DNA from: an uncultured Actinomycetes bacterium
GTDB taxonomy: Bacteria; Actinomycetota; JAICYB01
Direction: 5' to 3'
Assembly: GCA_963789445.1 (NCBI GenBank)
Contig: CAWBKS010000001.1
Coordinates: 2,042,141 to 2,106,140, forward strand
Length of the DNA: 64,000 nucleotides
Shown: in pieces, positions 1-8,672 of the stretch
How the letters are laid out: every line of letters starts with the position of its first letter
Position numbering within the stretch: the stretch's first letter is position 1
Program-made: the position numbers and the translations under genes
The notes under the pieces: generated by a model
Database searches by the model: none
What the model was told of the DNA's origin: nothing
What the model saw: the letters and a program-made list of their open reading frames with translations, nothing else

Positions 1-134
1 TGACCTGCGCACTGTTCCTGGTTGCCGAAGTCATCTACGGATCGAATCTCGCCGCCGGGGTCGCCGCCGGCCTAGGCGTCGCCTTCCTTCTCGTCTGGTA
101 CGTGATCCCTCTGGTTCGCCGAACTCGTAACTAG
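1..134 (+). CDS. 3' end of a membrane protein gene (partial, runs off the window start)
   Basis: Open frame from position 3 to TAG 132-134. It translates to the hydrophobic tail TCALFLVAEVIYGSNLAAGVAAGLGVAFLLVWYVIPLVRRTRN with high GC3. Confidence 0.3.
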   Translation, partial: TCALFLVAEVIYGSNLAAGVAAGLGVAFLLVWYVIPLVRRTRN

Positions 135-203
135 CGCGACTTCGTCGCAGCCCACCTGGGACGGCTTATGCTCACGGCGTAAGGCTCAAAAGGAGGACGC
201 GTC

Positions 204-1193
204 GTGAGCACCGCACCAGTTCGAGTCGCCGTCAGCGGCGCCGTAGGAAACGTCTCGTACGCACTTCTTTTTCGAATCGCTTCCGGTCAGCTCCTCGGCC
301 CGGACAAGCCCATCGCCCTGCAGTTGCTCGATATCGAACCGGCCCTTCCGGCCCTCGAGGGCGTCGTCATGGAGTTGGACGACTGCGCTTTCCCGTTACT
401 GCATTCCATCGAGGCGACAGCCGATCCCAAAACCGCCTTCGACGGCGTTTCCTGGGGCCTGCTGGTCGGATCGATTCCTCGCAAGGAAGGCATGGAGCGC
501 GGCGATCTCCTCAAGATCAACGGCAGCATCTTCGGTCCTTACGGTGAAGCTCTTAACGCGGCGGCCGCACCGGACGTACGCATCCTCGTTGTCGGCAATC
601 CGTGCAACACGAACTGTTTGATCGCCCGATCCAATGCACCGGACATCCCCGATGAGCGCTGGTTCGCTATGACCAGGCTCGACCAGAACCGTGCGAAAGC
701 GCAGCTCGCAAAGAAGGCCGGTGTGCTCGTGTCGCAGGTGGCGAACGTCGCCATCTGGGGCAACCACTCCGCCACACAGTTCCCCGACTTCCAGAACGCA
801 ACGATCGACGGTCGAGCGGCGACCGAGGTCATAGGGGACGAGGCCTGGCTAAAGGGCGACTTTTTGAAGACGATCCAGGAGCGCGGCGCGGCAATCATCA
901 AGGCGCGCGGGGCGTCCTCGGCTGCTTCGGCTGCCAACGCCGCGGTTGACTCGGTCCGCAGCATCTGGGAGCCGACACCGGCCGGCGACAACGTCGCCCT
1001 GGCCGTGCCGAGCCGCGGTGAATACGGGATCCCCGAGGGGCTTCAGTTCGGTTTCCCGGTCCGCAGCACCGGGAAGGATTGGGATGTGATCGAAGGCTTC
1101 CAGCACGACGAATTCGCCAAGGAGAAGATCAAGGTCACGACGGACGAACTGGTGTCCGAGCGTGAGGCCGTCAAACAGATGCTTCCGAGCTAG
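204..1193 (+). CDS. mdh: NAD-dependent malate dehydrogenase (LDH/MDH family, type 2)
   Basis: 329-aa ORF with SD aaggagga upstream of the GTG. Rossmann motif [12 protein letters not shown] plus VVGNPCNTN and IWGNHS motifs typical of malate dehydrogenases. Confidence 0.93.
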   Translation: MSTAPVRVAVSGAVGNVSYALLFRIASGQLLGPDKPIALQLLDIEPALPALEGVVMELDDCAFPLLHSIEATADPKTAFDGVSWGLLVGSIPRKEGMERGDLLKINGSIFGPYGEALNAAAAPDVRILVVGNPCNTNCLIARSNAPDIPDERWFAMTRLDQNRAKAQLAKKAGVLVSQVANVAIWGNHSATQFPDFQNATIDGRAATEVIGDEAWLKGDFLKTIQERGAAIIKARGASSAASAANAAVDSVRSIWEPTPAGDNVALAVPSRGEYGIPEGLQFGFPVRSTGKDWDVIEGFQHDEFAKEKIKVTTDELVSEREAVKQMLPS

Positions 1194-1201
1194 GGAGAGC
1201 T

Positions 1202-1663
1202 ATGGACGCCTACGACATCTTCAAGTTCTTCCACGTGCTGTTCGCCGTCATCTGGGTCGGCGCGGGGCTGGTGATTATCTTTTATGCGCTTCGGGCCGGT
1301 CGTTCCAGCGATCGGGCCGAGATCGTCAAGATCGGACGGGACGCCGCCTGGCTGGGCGAGCATTTCTTCATACCTGCGTCACTCCTTGCCTTGATCTTCG
1401 GCATCATCACCGTCCTCGTCGGCGATTGGGGTTTTACCGACACGTGGGTGATCCTCGGTCTCGCCGGCTTCGGCCTGTCATTCATCATCGGCGCGGGCTA
1501 CCTCGGCCCCCAGTTTGGAAAGATCGCCGCGCTCTCCGATGAGCACGGCGACACGCATCCACTAGTCCTAGAAAAGGTGAAGCGGGTTCTTGCCGTTGCT
1601 CGTATCGACTCGGTAATCCTCGTCGCCGTCGTCTTCGACATGATTGTCAAGCCCGGGACGTAG
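1202..1663 (+). CDS. Integral membrane protein, DUF2269-like (4 predicted TM helices)
   Basis: 153-aa ORF with four hydrophobic segments. The conserved ends FKFFHVLFAVIWVGAG and VVFDMIVKPG are shared with the next gene. Confidence 0.7.
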   Translation: MDAYDIFKFFHVLFAVIWVGAGLVIIFYALRAGRSSDRAEIVKIGRDAAWLGEHFFIPASLLALIFGIITVLVGDWGFTDTWVILGLAGFGLSFIIGAGYLGPQFGKIAALSDEHGDTHPLVLEKVKRVLAVARIDSVILVAVVFDMIVKPGT

Positions 1664-1676
1664 AGGAAGGAGCGAA

Positions 1677-2138
1677 GTGAGCCGCTACGAGATCTGGAAA
1701 TTCCTTCATGTGATCGCGGCCATGATCTGGGTCGGGGGTTCCATCGTTTTGATAGTTCTTTCGGCGAGGGCTTCGGCGACGAAAGATCCGTCCGAGAGCG
1801 GTCGGATCGGGCAGCTCGCTCTGTGGGTCGGGACGCGGATATTCGCACCGGTATCGGCCTTGGTCCTGATCCTCGGCATCGTGATGGTCCTAGACGGCCC
1901 GTGGGAGTTCAGCGATGCCTGGATAGGCCTGGGGTTGCTCGGCATCATCCTCACGGCTGGAATCGGCAATGGGATCCTCGGTCCCAACGGAAGAAAGATA
2001 GGTCCGGCCATGATGCAGCGCGGCCCGCAGGACCCTGTGACGCAAAGACTCGTCAAGAGACAGAGAGTTTTCTCGATCCTCAATGCGGTGCTTCTCATTG
2101 CCGTTGTCTTCGACATGGTCGTCAAACCGGGAAGTTAG
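1677..2138 (+). CDS. Integral membrane protein, DUF2269-like (tandem paralog)
   Basis: GTG at 1677 preceded by SD ggaaggag. It aligns along its whole length with the 1202..1663 product (WKFLHVIAAMIWVGG ... VVFDMVVKPG). Confidence 0.7.
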   Translation: MSRYEIWKFLHVIAAMIWVGGSIVLIVLSARASATKDPSESGRIGQLALWVGTRIFAPVSALVLILGIVMVLDGPWEFSDAWIGLGLLGIILTAGIGNGILGPNGRKIGPAMMQRGPQDPVTQRLVKRQRVFSILNAVLLIAVVFDMVVKPGS

Positions 2139-2153
2139 GAAAGGAGGCCTGCG

Positions 2154-2759
2154 ATGTTCATCCAGGTCGTGAAAGGCAAGACGAAGGACGCGGCGGGTAT
2201 TAAGGCCGCCGTCGCAAAGTGGCAGACCGACGTCAAGCCCGTAGCCAAGGGATACCTCGGTAGCACAAGCGGCGTTACTGCCGACGGCACGACGATCGCC
2301 GTCGTCCGTTTCGAGTCCGAGGCGGCGGCTCAGGCGAACAGTGATCTGCCCGAGCAGAGCGCGTGGTTCGAGAAGGAGCTGTCTCCGCTCCTCGACGGTC
2401 AGCCGACGTTCCATAACTGCAACGACGTAACCGAGTTCATGGGCGGCGGGTCGGACGACGCAGGCTTCGTTCAATTGATGATCTACAAGCCAGCCGACGC
2501 CAACAAGGCCAAGGAGCTGAACAAGAAGTTCGAGAACGTGGACATGAGCGGCCGACCCGACATCATCGGAGGTACCTCGGCTGTTTCATCCGACGGGACG
2601 TTTATCGACACGAACTACTTCACATCAGAAGCCGAAGCTCGCGCCGGCGAAAAGGGTGAGATGCCCGCCGAGATGCAGGAGATGATGAAGGAGTACGGCG
2701 AGGTAGTCGGTAATGTCGAGTACGTCGACATAAGCGATCCCTGGTTGTACAGCGCCTAG
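2154..2759 (+). CDS. Hypothetical protein with an internally duplicated alpha+beta (ABM/dimeric-barrel-like) domain
   Basis: 201-aa ORF with SD aaggagg. Residues ~1-95 and ~104-200 align with each other (FIQVVKGK...TADGTTIAVVRFESEAAA versus FVQLMIYK...SSDGTFIDTNYFTSEAEA). Confidence 0.6.
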   Translation: MFIQVVKGKTKDAAGIKAAVAKWQTDVKPVAKGYLGSTSGVTADGTTIAVVRFESEAAAQANSDLPEQSAWFEKELSPLLDGQPTFHNCNDVTEFMGGGSDDAGFVQLMIYKPADANKAKELNKKFENVDMSGRPDIIGGTSAVSSDGTFIDTNYFTSEAEARAGEKGEMPAEMQEMMKEYGEVVGNVEYVDISDPWLYSA

Positions 2760-3113
2760 GTGCGCTGGGCCGCCTGGGTACTAAGCGTTCTCATAGCTTG
2801 GCGCTGGCTGGGTTTCCTGCTCGGTGTGGCGCGCATATGGAGATTCAAGGGCCCGGTTCGCAGGGAGGCGCGTCGCACAGTGATCGCGCGTGGCGCCTGG
2901 AACGTCTTCATGTCGGTCGCCGTCCTATATCTGTGGCTGTCGATCTTGGATCGTCAGCCCGGCGAGACCTTCGTCGGCTTCCTCGCCGCAGCGATGATGT
3001 GCTCGCTGGCGATCGGGATCGCCGCCGGATTGATGCAGCCCGAGGAACGCAATCCGGCAACACTGGAGATCTGCCGGCTCAAGCCCCTTCGGTTAGAAGC
3101 TCCGCCGACCTGA
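2760..3113 (+). CDS. Hypothetical small membrane protein
   Basis: GTG directly after the preceding stop, with three hydrophobic segments. The 3' end overlaps the convergent folD by 35 nt, and no motif was recognised. Confidence 0.4.
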   Translation: MRWAAWVLSVLIAWRWLGFLLGVARIWRFKGPVRREARRTVIARGAWNVFMSVAVLYLWLSILDRQPGETFVGFLAAAMMCSLAIGIAAGLMQPEERNPATLEICRLKPLRLEAPPT

Positions 3114-3945
3114 CCGTGTTGGCCATGAGCATGGCGCGCGTCATGGGTCCGACGCCTCCGGGAACCGGAGTTATCGCCCGCGCCTTCTGAGAAACGGCGT
3201 CGAAGTCGACGTCGCCGATCAGCTTGCCCTCGGCGTTGGCCGTCGTCCCGACGTCGATCACAACCGCCCCCTCGGAAACGTGATCAGCCGTGATCATCCC
3301 CGGGCTCCCAGCCGCGGCGACGAGGATGTCGGCCTGCGTCGTGTAGCGCTGAAGGTCGCGGGTTCCCGTGTGACAGATCGTGACCGTGGCGTTGGCTGCG
3401 TCGGCCTTGTTGGACAGCAGCACCGACAACGGACGCCCGACCAGAACGCTTCGTCCGACGACGACCACGTGCTGGCCGGCGATCTCGACACCGGTCCGGA
3501 CGAGAAGTTGCTGCACACCGAAGGGCGTGCACGGCACGAACCGGGGACGACCCGCCATCAGAAGGCCCTGACTGACCGGGTGCAGGCCGTCGATGTCCTT
3601 CTTGGGGTCGATCCGGGCCAGGAAACCGGGCTCGTCCAAGTGCTTGGGGATCGGGGTCTGCAGGAGGATGCCGTGGATGGAGTCGTCGGCGTTGAGCGAG
3701 TCGATGATCTCTTCGAGGTCGTCGGGCTCGGTCGCCTCGGGCATCTTGTGCGTGACGCTCTCGATGCCGACCTTGAGGGCGTCCTTTCCCTTCAAGCGGA
3801 CGTAAGTCACCGACGCCGGGTCCTCGCCGACCAGGATCACCGCCAGCCCCGGGACGACCCCTTTCTCTTTCAATCCGGCCACGCGGTCACGGAGCTCGTC
3901 GAAGATCTCGCCTGCGATCTTCTTGCCGTCGATGATGTCCGCCAT
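3079..3945 (-). CDS. folD: Bifunctional methylenetetrahydrofolate dehydrogenase / methenyl-THF cyclohydrolase
   Basis: 288 aa. Contains DGKKIAGEI, VTYVRLKGK, VVVVGRSVLVGRPLSVLL and PVPGGVGPMT motifs characteristic of FolD. Confidence 0.95.
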   Translation of the reverse strand: MADIIDGKKIAGEIFDELRDRVAGLKEKGVVPGLAVILVGEDPASVTYVRLKGKDALKVGIESVTHKMPEATEPDDLEEIIDSLNADDSIHGILLQTPIPKHLDEPGFLARIDPKKDIDGLHPVSQGLLMAGRPRFVPCTPFGVQQLLVRTGVEIAGQHVVVVGRSVLVGRPLSVLLSNKADAANATVTICHTGTRDLQRYTTQADILVAAAGSPGMITADHVSEGAVVIDVGTTANAEGKLIGDVDFDAVSQKARAITPVPGGVGPMTRAMLMANTVRSAELLTEGA

Positions 3946-4017
3946 GGACCCGTAGGTTATCTCCGGAGGCCGACCATTTCGCAGGGGCGCCCTACGGGCG
4001 ATCCTGTAGCGGCCGCC

Positions 4018-4042
4018 GAACCTTGTTAGAGCCTGCGGTGTC
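4018..4042 (+). promoter_or_regulatory. Candidate ECF-type promoter (GAAC-N18-GTC) upstream of the sigma factor gene
   Basis: cGAACc at 4018-4021 and GTC at 4040-4042, just upstream of SD aagagg and ATG 4058. The match to AAC/CGT-type ECF promoters is weak. Confidence 0.2.
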
Positions 4043-4057
4043 CAAGAGGTGAGACGG

Positions 4058-4576
4058 ATGGACGAAGACCAAGAGCGGGCGATGGTAATGCTCGAGCGTT
4101 GGGTTCGGGCATTTCAGCCTGTGGTCTTCCGTGCCGCTTACCTGATCTTGCGAGACACACAAGCCGCCGAGGACGTAGCCCAGGAGACCTTCATCCGCGC
4201 ATACAACGCCGCTCGCCGCGCGGATCCGGGAGACGGCGTTCGCGCGTGGCTTTACCGAATCGCGGTCAACACGGCGCTGAACGAGGTGCGTCGACGGAAA
4301 CGTGAGCGCACTGCAGTGGAACGCATCAGGCCACAAGAGGGCTACGACCCGATGGACGCAAGCGACCGCACGTCGGTGGTGTCGCAAGCCATCGACAAGC
4401 TTCCCGAACGGCTGCGCGTCGCAGTCATATGCCGCTACTTCCTCGATCTATCCGAGCAAGAGATGGCGCAGGTACTGAAAGTCCGCCCCGGGACGATCAA
4501 GTCGCGTCTGTACGAAGCGCGCAAGTTGCTTGCCGGCGACGAAACGCTCGTTGCAGCCGCAGGAACGACGGGGTGA
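4058..4576 (+). CDS. ECF (sigma-70 family) RNA polymerase sigma factor
   Basis: Region 2 (FRAAYLILRDTQAAEDVAQETFIRAY, WLYRIAVNTALNEVRRR) and region 4 (LPERLRVAVICRYFLDLSEQEMAQVLKVRPGTIKSRLYEARKLL). ATG 4058 has SD aagagg; the ORF track starts at GTG 4049. Confidence 0.9.
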   Translation: MDEDQERAMVMLERWVRAFQPVVFRAAYLILRDTQAAEDVAQETFIRAYNAARRADPGDGVRAWLYRIAVNTALNEVRRRKRERTAVERIRPQEGYDPMDASDRTSVVSQAIDKLPERLRVAVICRYFLDLSEQEMAQVLKVRPGTIKSRLYEARKLLAGDETLVAAAGTTG

Positions 4577-4583
4577 TGAGGAC

Positions 4584-5846
4584 ATGGTGAACGAGTCGCT
4601 CGATACCGAGATCCGGCAAGCGCTGGACGCACAGGCTCATGAGGTCGACCTTCCGGTCGACCTCATGAGCCGAACGATGCAACTGGCGGCGGAGGAAGCG
4701 AAGCGGTCGCTGCGCGACCGGATTCGCTCCCTCCGCGACTCCCGCAAGATGCGACTGCCTGCCAGCGGCTACCCGCGGTGGATGTACGCGGGCGCGGCCC
4801 TCGGCGCGGCGATCCTTCTGTTCGCGATTGGAACGCTGGTAACGCGCGAGCCCAAGATCACCGGCGATCTGGCAAGTAGAGACAACTCCGGCGAAGTAGT
4901 TCGGAAGGGATCGGACGCGGGCGAGGTGCCCGTGGGTGCAGAAGGCGGGACACGGCTGGCCGACGAAGATCAACCGTCGACCTTCGAGGCGCCTGCCGAG
5001 TCCGCGGACGATGCGGCGAAGTCGGCCCCGGCCGCCGAGAGCGCAGAGGGCTCCGGGGCACAGAGAACGCTTTCCGGCCAAACACAAAGTGGGGATTCGG
5101 CCGGCGTAACTCAGCCTCAATCCGAGCCGGACATAGCGCCCGTTATTCCCCCGGTTACCCAGCCGCGAGCGGGCAACGTCCCGCCGAAGGTCGTTAGGAC
5201 GGCCGACATACAGATCGAGGTAGAAGGCTTCGACAACGCATGGAGCCGCGCCAACGCGGTTGCTGGTAAGCACGGCGGCTTCGTAACCAACTCCAACACC
5301 GAACAGATCAAGGACGAACTAGGCCGCGGCACCCTGACCATGCGCGTCCCGGCCGACAAGTACCAGGCCGCCGTAGACGAGCTCGGCAAGATCGGCACGA
5401 TCGCCAACCAACGCACGGGCGGAACGGATGTGTCGTCCTCGATCGTCGACCTGCAAGCCCGCGTGAAAACCCTGGAAGCCGAAGAGCTTCAGATCGTCGA
5501 CCTGTTGGGTCGCACGAACAACGTGTCCGAAGTCCTCGAGATCCGCAACCGGCTGGACAGCGTCCGGCAAGAGATCGAGTCGCTCAAGGCGCAGCAGCAG
5601 TACTTCGAGGACCAGGTGGACTACGCAACGATCAACGTGACGGTCTTCGAACAGGGAGCCGAACCGGACGACGGAGACGACGGCATCGTCGTCGACGCGT
5701 GGGATACGGCTCTCGATATCGGGCTCACGATCGTGGCCGGAACCGTCGTCGTACTCGGCGGCCTGATCCCGCTGGCCGCACTTGGTTTGGCGATCTGGTT
5801 CGGTGTCCGGACCGTCCGTCGCCGGAGGAGCGCACCGGAAGCCTGA
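4584..5846 (+). CDS. Membrane-anchored anti-sigma-like protein with a C-terminal DUF4349-like coiled-coil domain
   Basis: ATG lies 8 nt after the sigma stop. Short cytoplasmic N-terminus, TM segment (WMYAGAALGAAILLFAIG), Ala/Glu/Ser/Pro-rich linker, coiled-coil region (VDLQARVKTLEAEELQIVDLL...) and a terminal TM. Confidence 0.75.
   Translation: MVNESLDTEIRQALDAQAHEVDLPVDLMSRTMQLAAEEAKRSLRDRIRSLRDSRKMRLPASGYPRWMYAGAALGAAILLFAIGTLVTREPKITGDLASRDNSGEVVRKGSDAGEVPVGAEGGTRLADEDQPSTFEAPAESADDAAKSAPAAESAEGSGAQRTLSGQTQSGDSAGVTQPQSEPDIAPVIPPVTQPRAGNVPPKVVRTADIQIEVEGFDNAWSRANAVAGKHGGFVTNSNTEQIKDELGRGTLTMRVPADKYQAAVDELGKIGTIANQRTGGTDVSSSIVDLQARVKTLEAEELQIVDLLGRTNNVSEVLEIRNRLDSVRQEIESLKAQQQYFEDQVDYATINVTVFEQGAEPDDGDDGIVVDAWDTALDIGLTIVAGTVVVLGGLIPLAALGLAIWFGVRTVRRRRSAPEA
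4635..4670. repeat. Perfect 16-bp-stem inverted repeat (4-nt loop) inside the anti-sigma coding region
   Basis: gctcatgaggtcgacc-ttcc-ggtcgacctcatgagc read directly. It encodes AHEVDLPVDLMS. Confidence 0.9.
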
Positions 5847-5876
5847 GCCGGGCCGGCACAGGATTTTCGGTACTCT

Positions 5877-6875
5877 GTGCCCCTCTTGCGTCTCGTTCTG
5901 GCTAACCACTCCAGCTATCCACGTGTAGGTGAGGGGCCCGGTGCCCAGCGCCTCCGGCGTGCGTACGCCAACCGCGAGACGGGCAAGATCGACGACAACG
6001 AGTTCGAGACCATCGCCCGCGACTACGTCGCGGAGGTCATCAAGGAGCAAGAAGACGCGGGCCTCGACCTCGTCACCGACGGCCTCGTCTACTGGTACGA
6101 CCTTCTCGCCCACCCGGCAGGGCGCTTGGACAACATCACGATCAACGGGTTGGTCCGCTTCTTCGACACGAACACCTACGTCCGCCAGCCCGAGATCAAC
6201 GGCAATATCGGCGGCACCTTCGGGATCGCGGACGACTTCACCAAAGCCAAGGGACAGACGACAAAGGAGCTGAAGGCCGTCGTCCCGGGTCCCTACACGC
6301 TGGCCCGGCATTCGATCATCAAGTCCAACGGCGACCTCTCTTCGCTGGCGATGGCGTACGCCGAGGCGCTCGGACGAGAGCTCGAGGCTTTGAACGCCGC
6401 CGGCGCGACCATCGTGCAGATCGAGGAGCCGTCCCTGCTGAAGTTCCCGGACGACGCCGAGATGGTCCGCAACGTGCTGAAGCGCGCCGTGGCGTCGAAG
6501 GGGGGTATCACGATCAGCCTCTCCACCTATTTCGGTGACGCCACCACGATCTGGGGGGAGCTGCTCAACATGCCCTGTGACATGCTCGCCGTCGATCTCA
6601 TCTACGGTTCCGGACTGCTGGAAACGATCGTGCAACACGGCTCCGACCGCCCGGTAGCTCTCGGCATCGTCGACGCGCGCAACACGAAGCTGGACGACAC
6701 CAATGAGGTCGCGGCCCGAGTCGGACGCGTGGTCGACGCGCTCGACGCCAAAGGCGTCGGTGAGGTCCACATCCAACCGTCCAACGGTCTTGAGTTTCTC
6801 CCGCGTGATCGCGCCAAACGTAAGCTGGAGCGACTCGCACAGATCCGGGACGCGGTAATGAAGGCGGGAACATGA
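5877..6875 (+). CDS. Cobalamin-independent methionine synthase family protein, N-terminal-domain-like (non-catalytic half)
   Basis: 332 aa with a TIM-barrel-like pattern resembling MetE halves (LVTDGLVYWYD, VPGPYTL, IVQIEEPSL). It has no His/Cys zinc ligands and overlaps the next gene by ATGA. Confidence 0.7.
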   Translation: MPLLRLVLANHSSYPRVGEGPGAQRLRRAYANRETGKIDDNEFETIARDYVAEVIKEQEDAGLDLVTDGLVYWYDLLAHPAGRLDNITINGLVRFFDTNTYVRQPEINGNIGGTFGIADDFTKAKGQTTKELKAVVPGPYTLARHSIIKSNGDLSSLAMAYAEALGRELEALNAAGATIVQIEEPSLLKFPDDAEMVRNVLKRAVASKGGITISLSTYFGDATTIWGELLNMPCDMLAVDLIYGSGLLETIVQHGSDRPVALGIVDARNTKLDDTNEVAARVGRVVDALDAKGVGEVHIQPSNGLEFLPRDRAKRKLERLAQIRDAVMKAGT

Positions 6876-7888
6876 GCGGACGCGAAAAGCTGAAAAGCCT
6901 CGGTATCGAGCTGCCGATGCTTCCGATAACCGCTGTTGGCTCGTACGCCAAACCCGAGGAGCTCACCAAAGCGCGCGCGAAGTTCGTCCGCGGTGACATA
7001 ACCAAGGACGAGCTGCGCAAGTACCAAGAGGAAGCCACCGCTATGTGGATGGGTTTCCAGAACGAGATCGGGGTCGACGTCCCCGTCGACGGCGAGATGT
7101 ACCGAACCGACATGGTCGAGTACTTCGCCGAGGAGATGGACGGTTTCGAGAAGGGCGGCTGGGTCCGCTCCTACGGGAACCGCTACTACCGCAAGCCGAT
7201 CATCACCAACGAGATCCGCTGGCGCGGACCGATCACCGTCGACTGGTGGAAGTTCGCGCAGTCTCTGACCGACAAACCGGTCAAGGGGATGTTCACCGGC
7301 GGCTACACGACCATGGACTGGTCCTTCAACGAGCACTACCCCGATCGCAAAGCCGTGGCGCTGGCTCTCGCACGCGAGTTCCGCAAGGAGGTCGAGGCTC
7401 TGGTCGAGGCCGGCTGCAAGATCATCCAGGTGGACGAGCCGGCCGTTTCCGTCCGCGCCGACGAGATCGACATCGCGATCGAAGCGATGCAGATCACCTG
7501 CGAAGGCATCGATGCCTACTTCATCACCCACGCGCTCGAGTACGGCTACCCGCAGACCGTCTTCCCAGACGTTCTCGATCTCGCCGTCGACAACTTCGAC
7601 ATGGAGTTCGCCAACTCGGACTTCGCCTTCTTGGAGGGACTTCGAGATTTCGGCTTCGACAAGGACCTGTCACTTGGAGTCGTCGACGTGCACACGCACG
7701 TCATCGACGACACCGACGAGGTCGAGCAGCGCATCCGGAAGGCGATCGACATCCTCCCAGCTGAGACCATCTGGCCCGACCCGGACTGCGGACTCAAGAC
7801 GCGCACGGTCGAAGAGTCGATGGGCAAGATGCGGGCGATCGCGGAAGCAACGAAGCGCGTTCGCGCCGACATCTCGTCGCGCGTCTAA
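6872..7888 (+). CDS. metE: Cobalamin-independent methionine synthase family protein, catalytic-domain-like
   Basis: 338 aa. Contains VPVDGEMYRTDMVEYF, IIQVDEPA, a MEFANSD Glu and PDPDCGLKTR, which match the MetE C-terminal domain. The HxC zinc motif reads THALEY. Confidence 0.75.
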   Translation: MSGREKLKSLGIELPMLPITAVGSYAKPEELTKARAKFVRGDITKDELRKYQEEATAMWMGFQNEIGVDVPVDGEMYRTDMVEYFAEEMDGFEKGGWVRSYGNRYYRKPIITNEIRWRGPITVDWWKFAQSLTDKPVKGMFTGGYTTMDWSFNEHYPDRKAVALALAREFRKEVEALVEAGCKIIQVDEPAVSVRADEIDIAIEAMQITCEGIDAYFITHALEYGYPQTVFPDVLDLAVDNFDMEFANSDFAFLEGLRDFGFDKDLSLGVVDVHTHVIDDTDEVEQRIRKAIDILPAETIWPDPDCGLKTRTVEESMGKMRAIAEATKRVRADISSRV

Positions 7889-7899
7889 GGCCTCGCAAG

Positions 7900-8652
7900 G
7901 TGCCCGGCTCCCTCGACGGAAAAGTCGCCATCGTCACGGGCTCGTCCCGCGGCATGGGACGCGTAACCGCCGCCCATCTGGCATCGCTCGGCGCGAAGGC
8001 GGCCGTCTGCTACGTCCGTAACAAGGACATGGCAGAGGAGCTCGTTGGGGAGATCGCGAAGGCCGGTGGTGAAGCAGATGCTTTCGGCTTCGACCTCACG
8101 ACTGAAGAAGGCGCGGCCGGGCTGATCGAAGCGGTGGTGAAGCGTTTCGGACGACTCGACATCCTGGTCTGCAACGTCGGCGGTTTCCTCAAGAAGCCCT
8201 TCGAGGAGACGACCACACAGGAGTGGCGTGAACAGTTCGCGCAGAACACCGACACGATGTTCTTCTGCATCCGAGCCGCCCTTCCGCACATGAAGGCCGC
8301 CGGTGCGGGACGCATTGTGAACTTTGCAGCAGCGGGGGCCGACCAGCCGGCGCGACAGACGGGTTTCGCTGCATATGCGGCGGCCAAGGCCGCCGTCGTC
8401 GGCTTCTCTCGGGCTCTCGCCCGCGAACTGGGACCCGAGCACATCACCGTGAACGTCATCGCGCCGGGCATCGTTTCGGACAACGCGCCGACGCGTGAGG
8501 ACGCGGTCGCGATCGGCTTCGTGAAGCACACACCGGTCGGCCGCGTCGGGTCGGCACAGGACGTCGCCGAAGCCGTGGCATTCCTGGTGCGCCCCGAAGC
8601 CGACTACATCACCAGCGCCGTGCTCGAAGTCGGGGGCGGCTGGCGGGTCTAG
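7900..8652 (+). CDS. SDR-family oxidoreductase (FabG-like)
   Basis: 250 aa. Cofactor motif TGSSRGMG, NVGG, and catalytic YAAAKAAVVGFSRALAREL (YxxxK). Confidence 0.9.
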   Translation: MPGSLDGKVAIVTGSSRGMGRVTAAHLASLGAKAAVCYVRNKDMAEELVGEIAKAGGEADAFGFDLTTEEGAAGLIEAVVKRFGRLDILVCNVGGFLKKPFEETTTQEWREQFAQNTDTMFFCIRAALPHMKAAGAGRIVNFAAAGADQPARQTGFAAYAAAKAAVVGFSRALARELGPEHITVNVIAPGIVSDNAPTREDAVAIGFVKHTPVGRVGSAQDVAEAVAFLVRPEADYITSAVLEVGGGWRV

Positions 8653-8672
8653 CCCGGTAGGTTTACGGCTCG

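Noticed and set aside
3946-4048. ZTP or THF riboswitch upstream of folD
   Set aside because: I read the 103-nt minus-strand leader and found none of the conserved ZTP elements (GGGUCGUGACUGGCG ... CCGCCUGGGC) or a THF-like fold. There is only a short cgccc-gta-gggcg hairpin and an SD.
5319-6776. 485-aa ORF antisense to the metE-like genes. Similar long antisense or out-of-frame ORFs occur at 20815..22098(-), 27448..28365(-), 34800..36122(+), 41155..43110(+), 43431..44624(-), 56177..57394(+) and 39657..40655(-).
   Set aside because: These are typical shadow ORFs of GC-rich DNA. Their products are Arg/Gly/Asp/His-rich with no motifs, their GC3 is poorer than the opposite-strand or alternative-frame genes, and those genes carry unambiguous family motifs.
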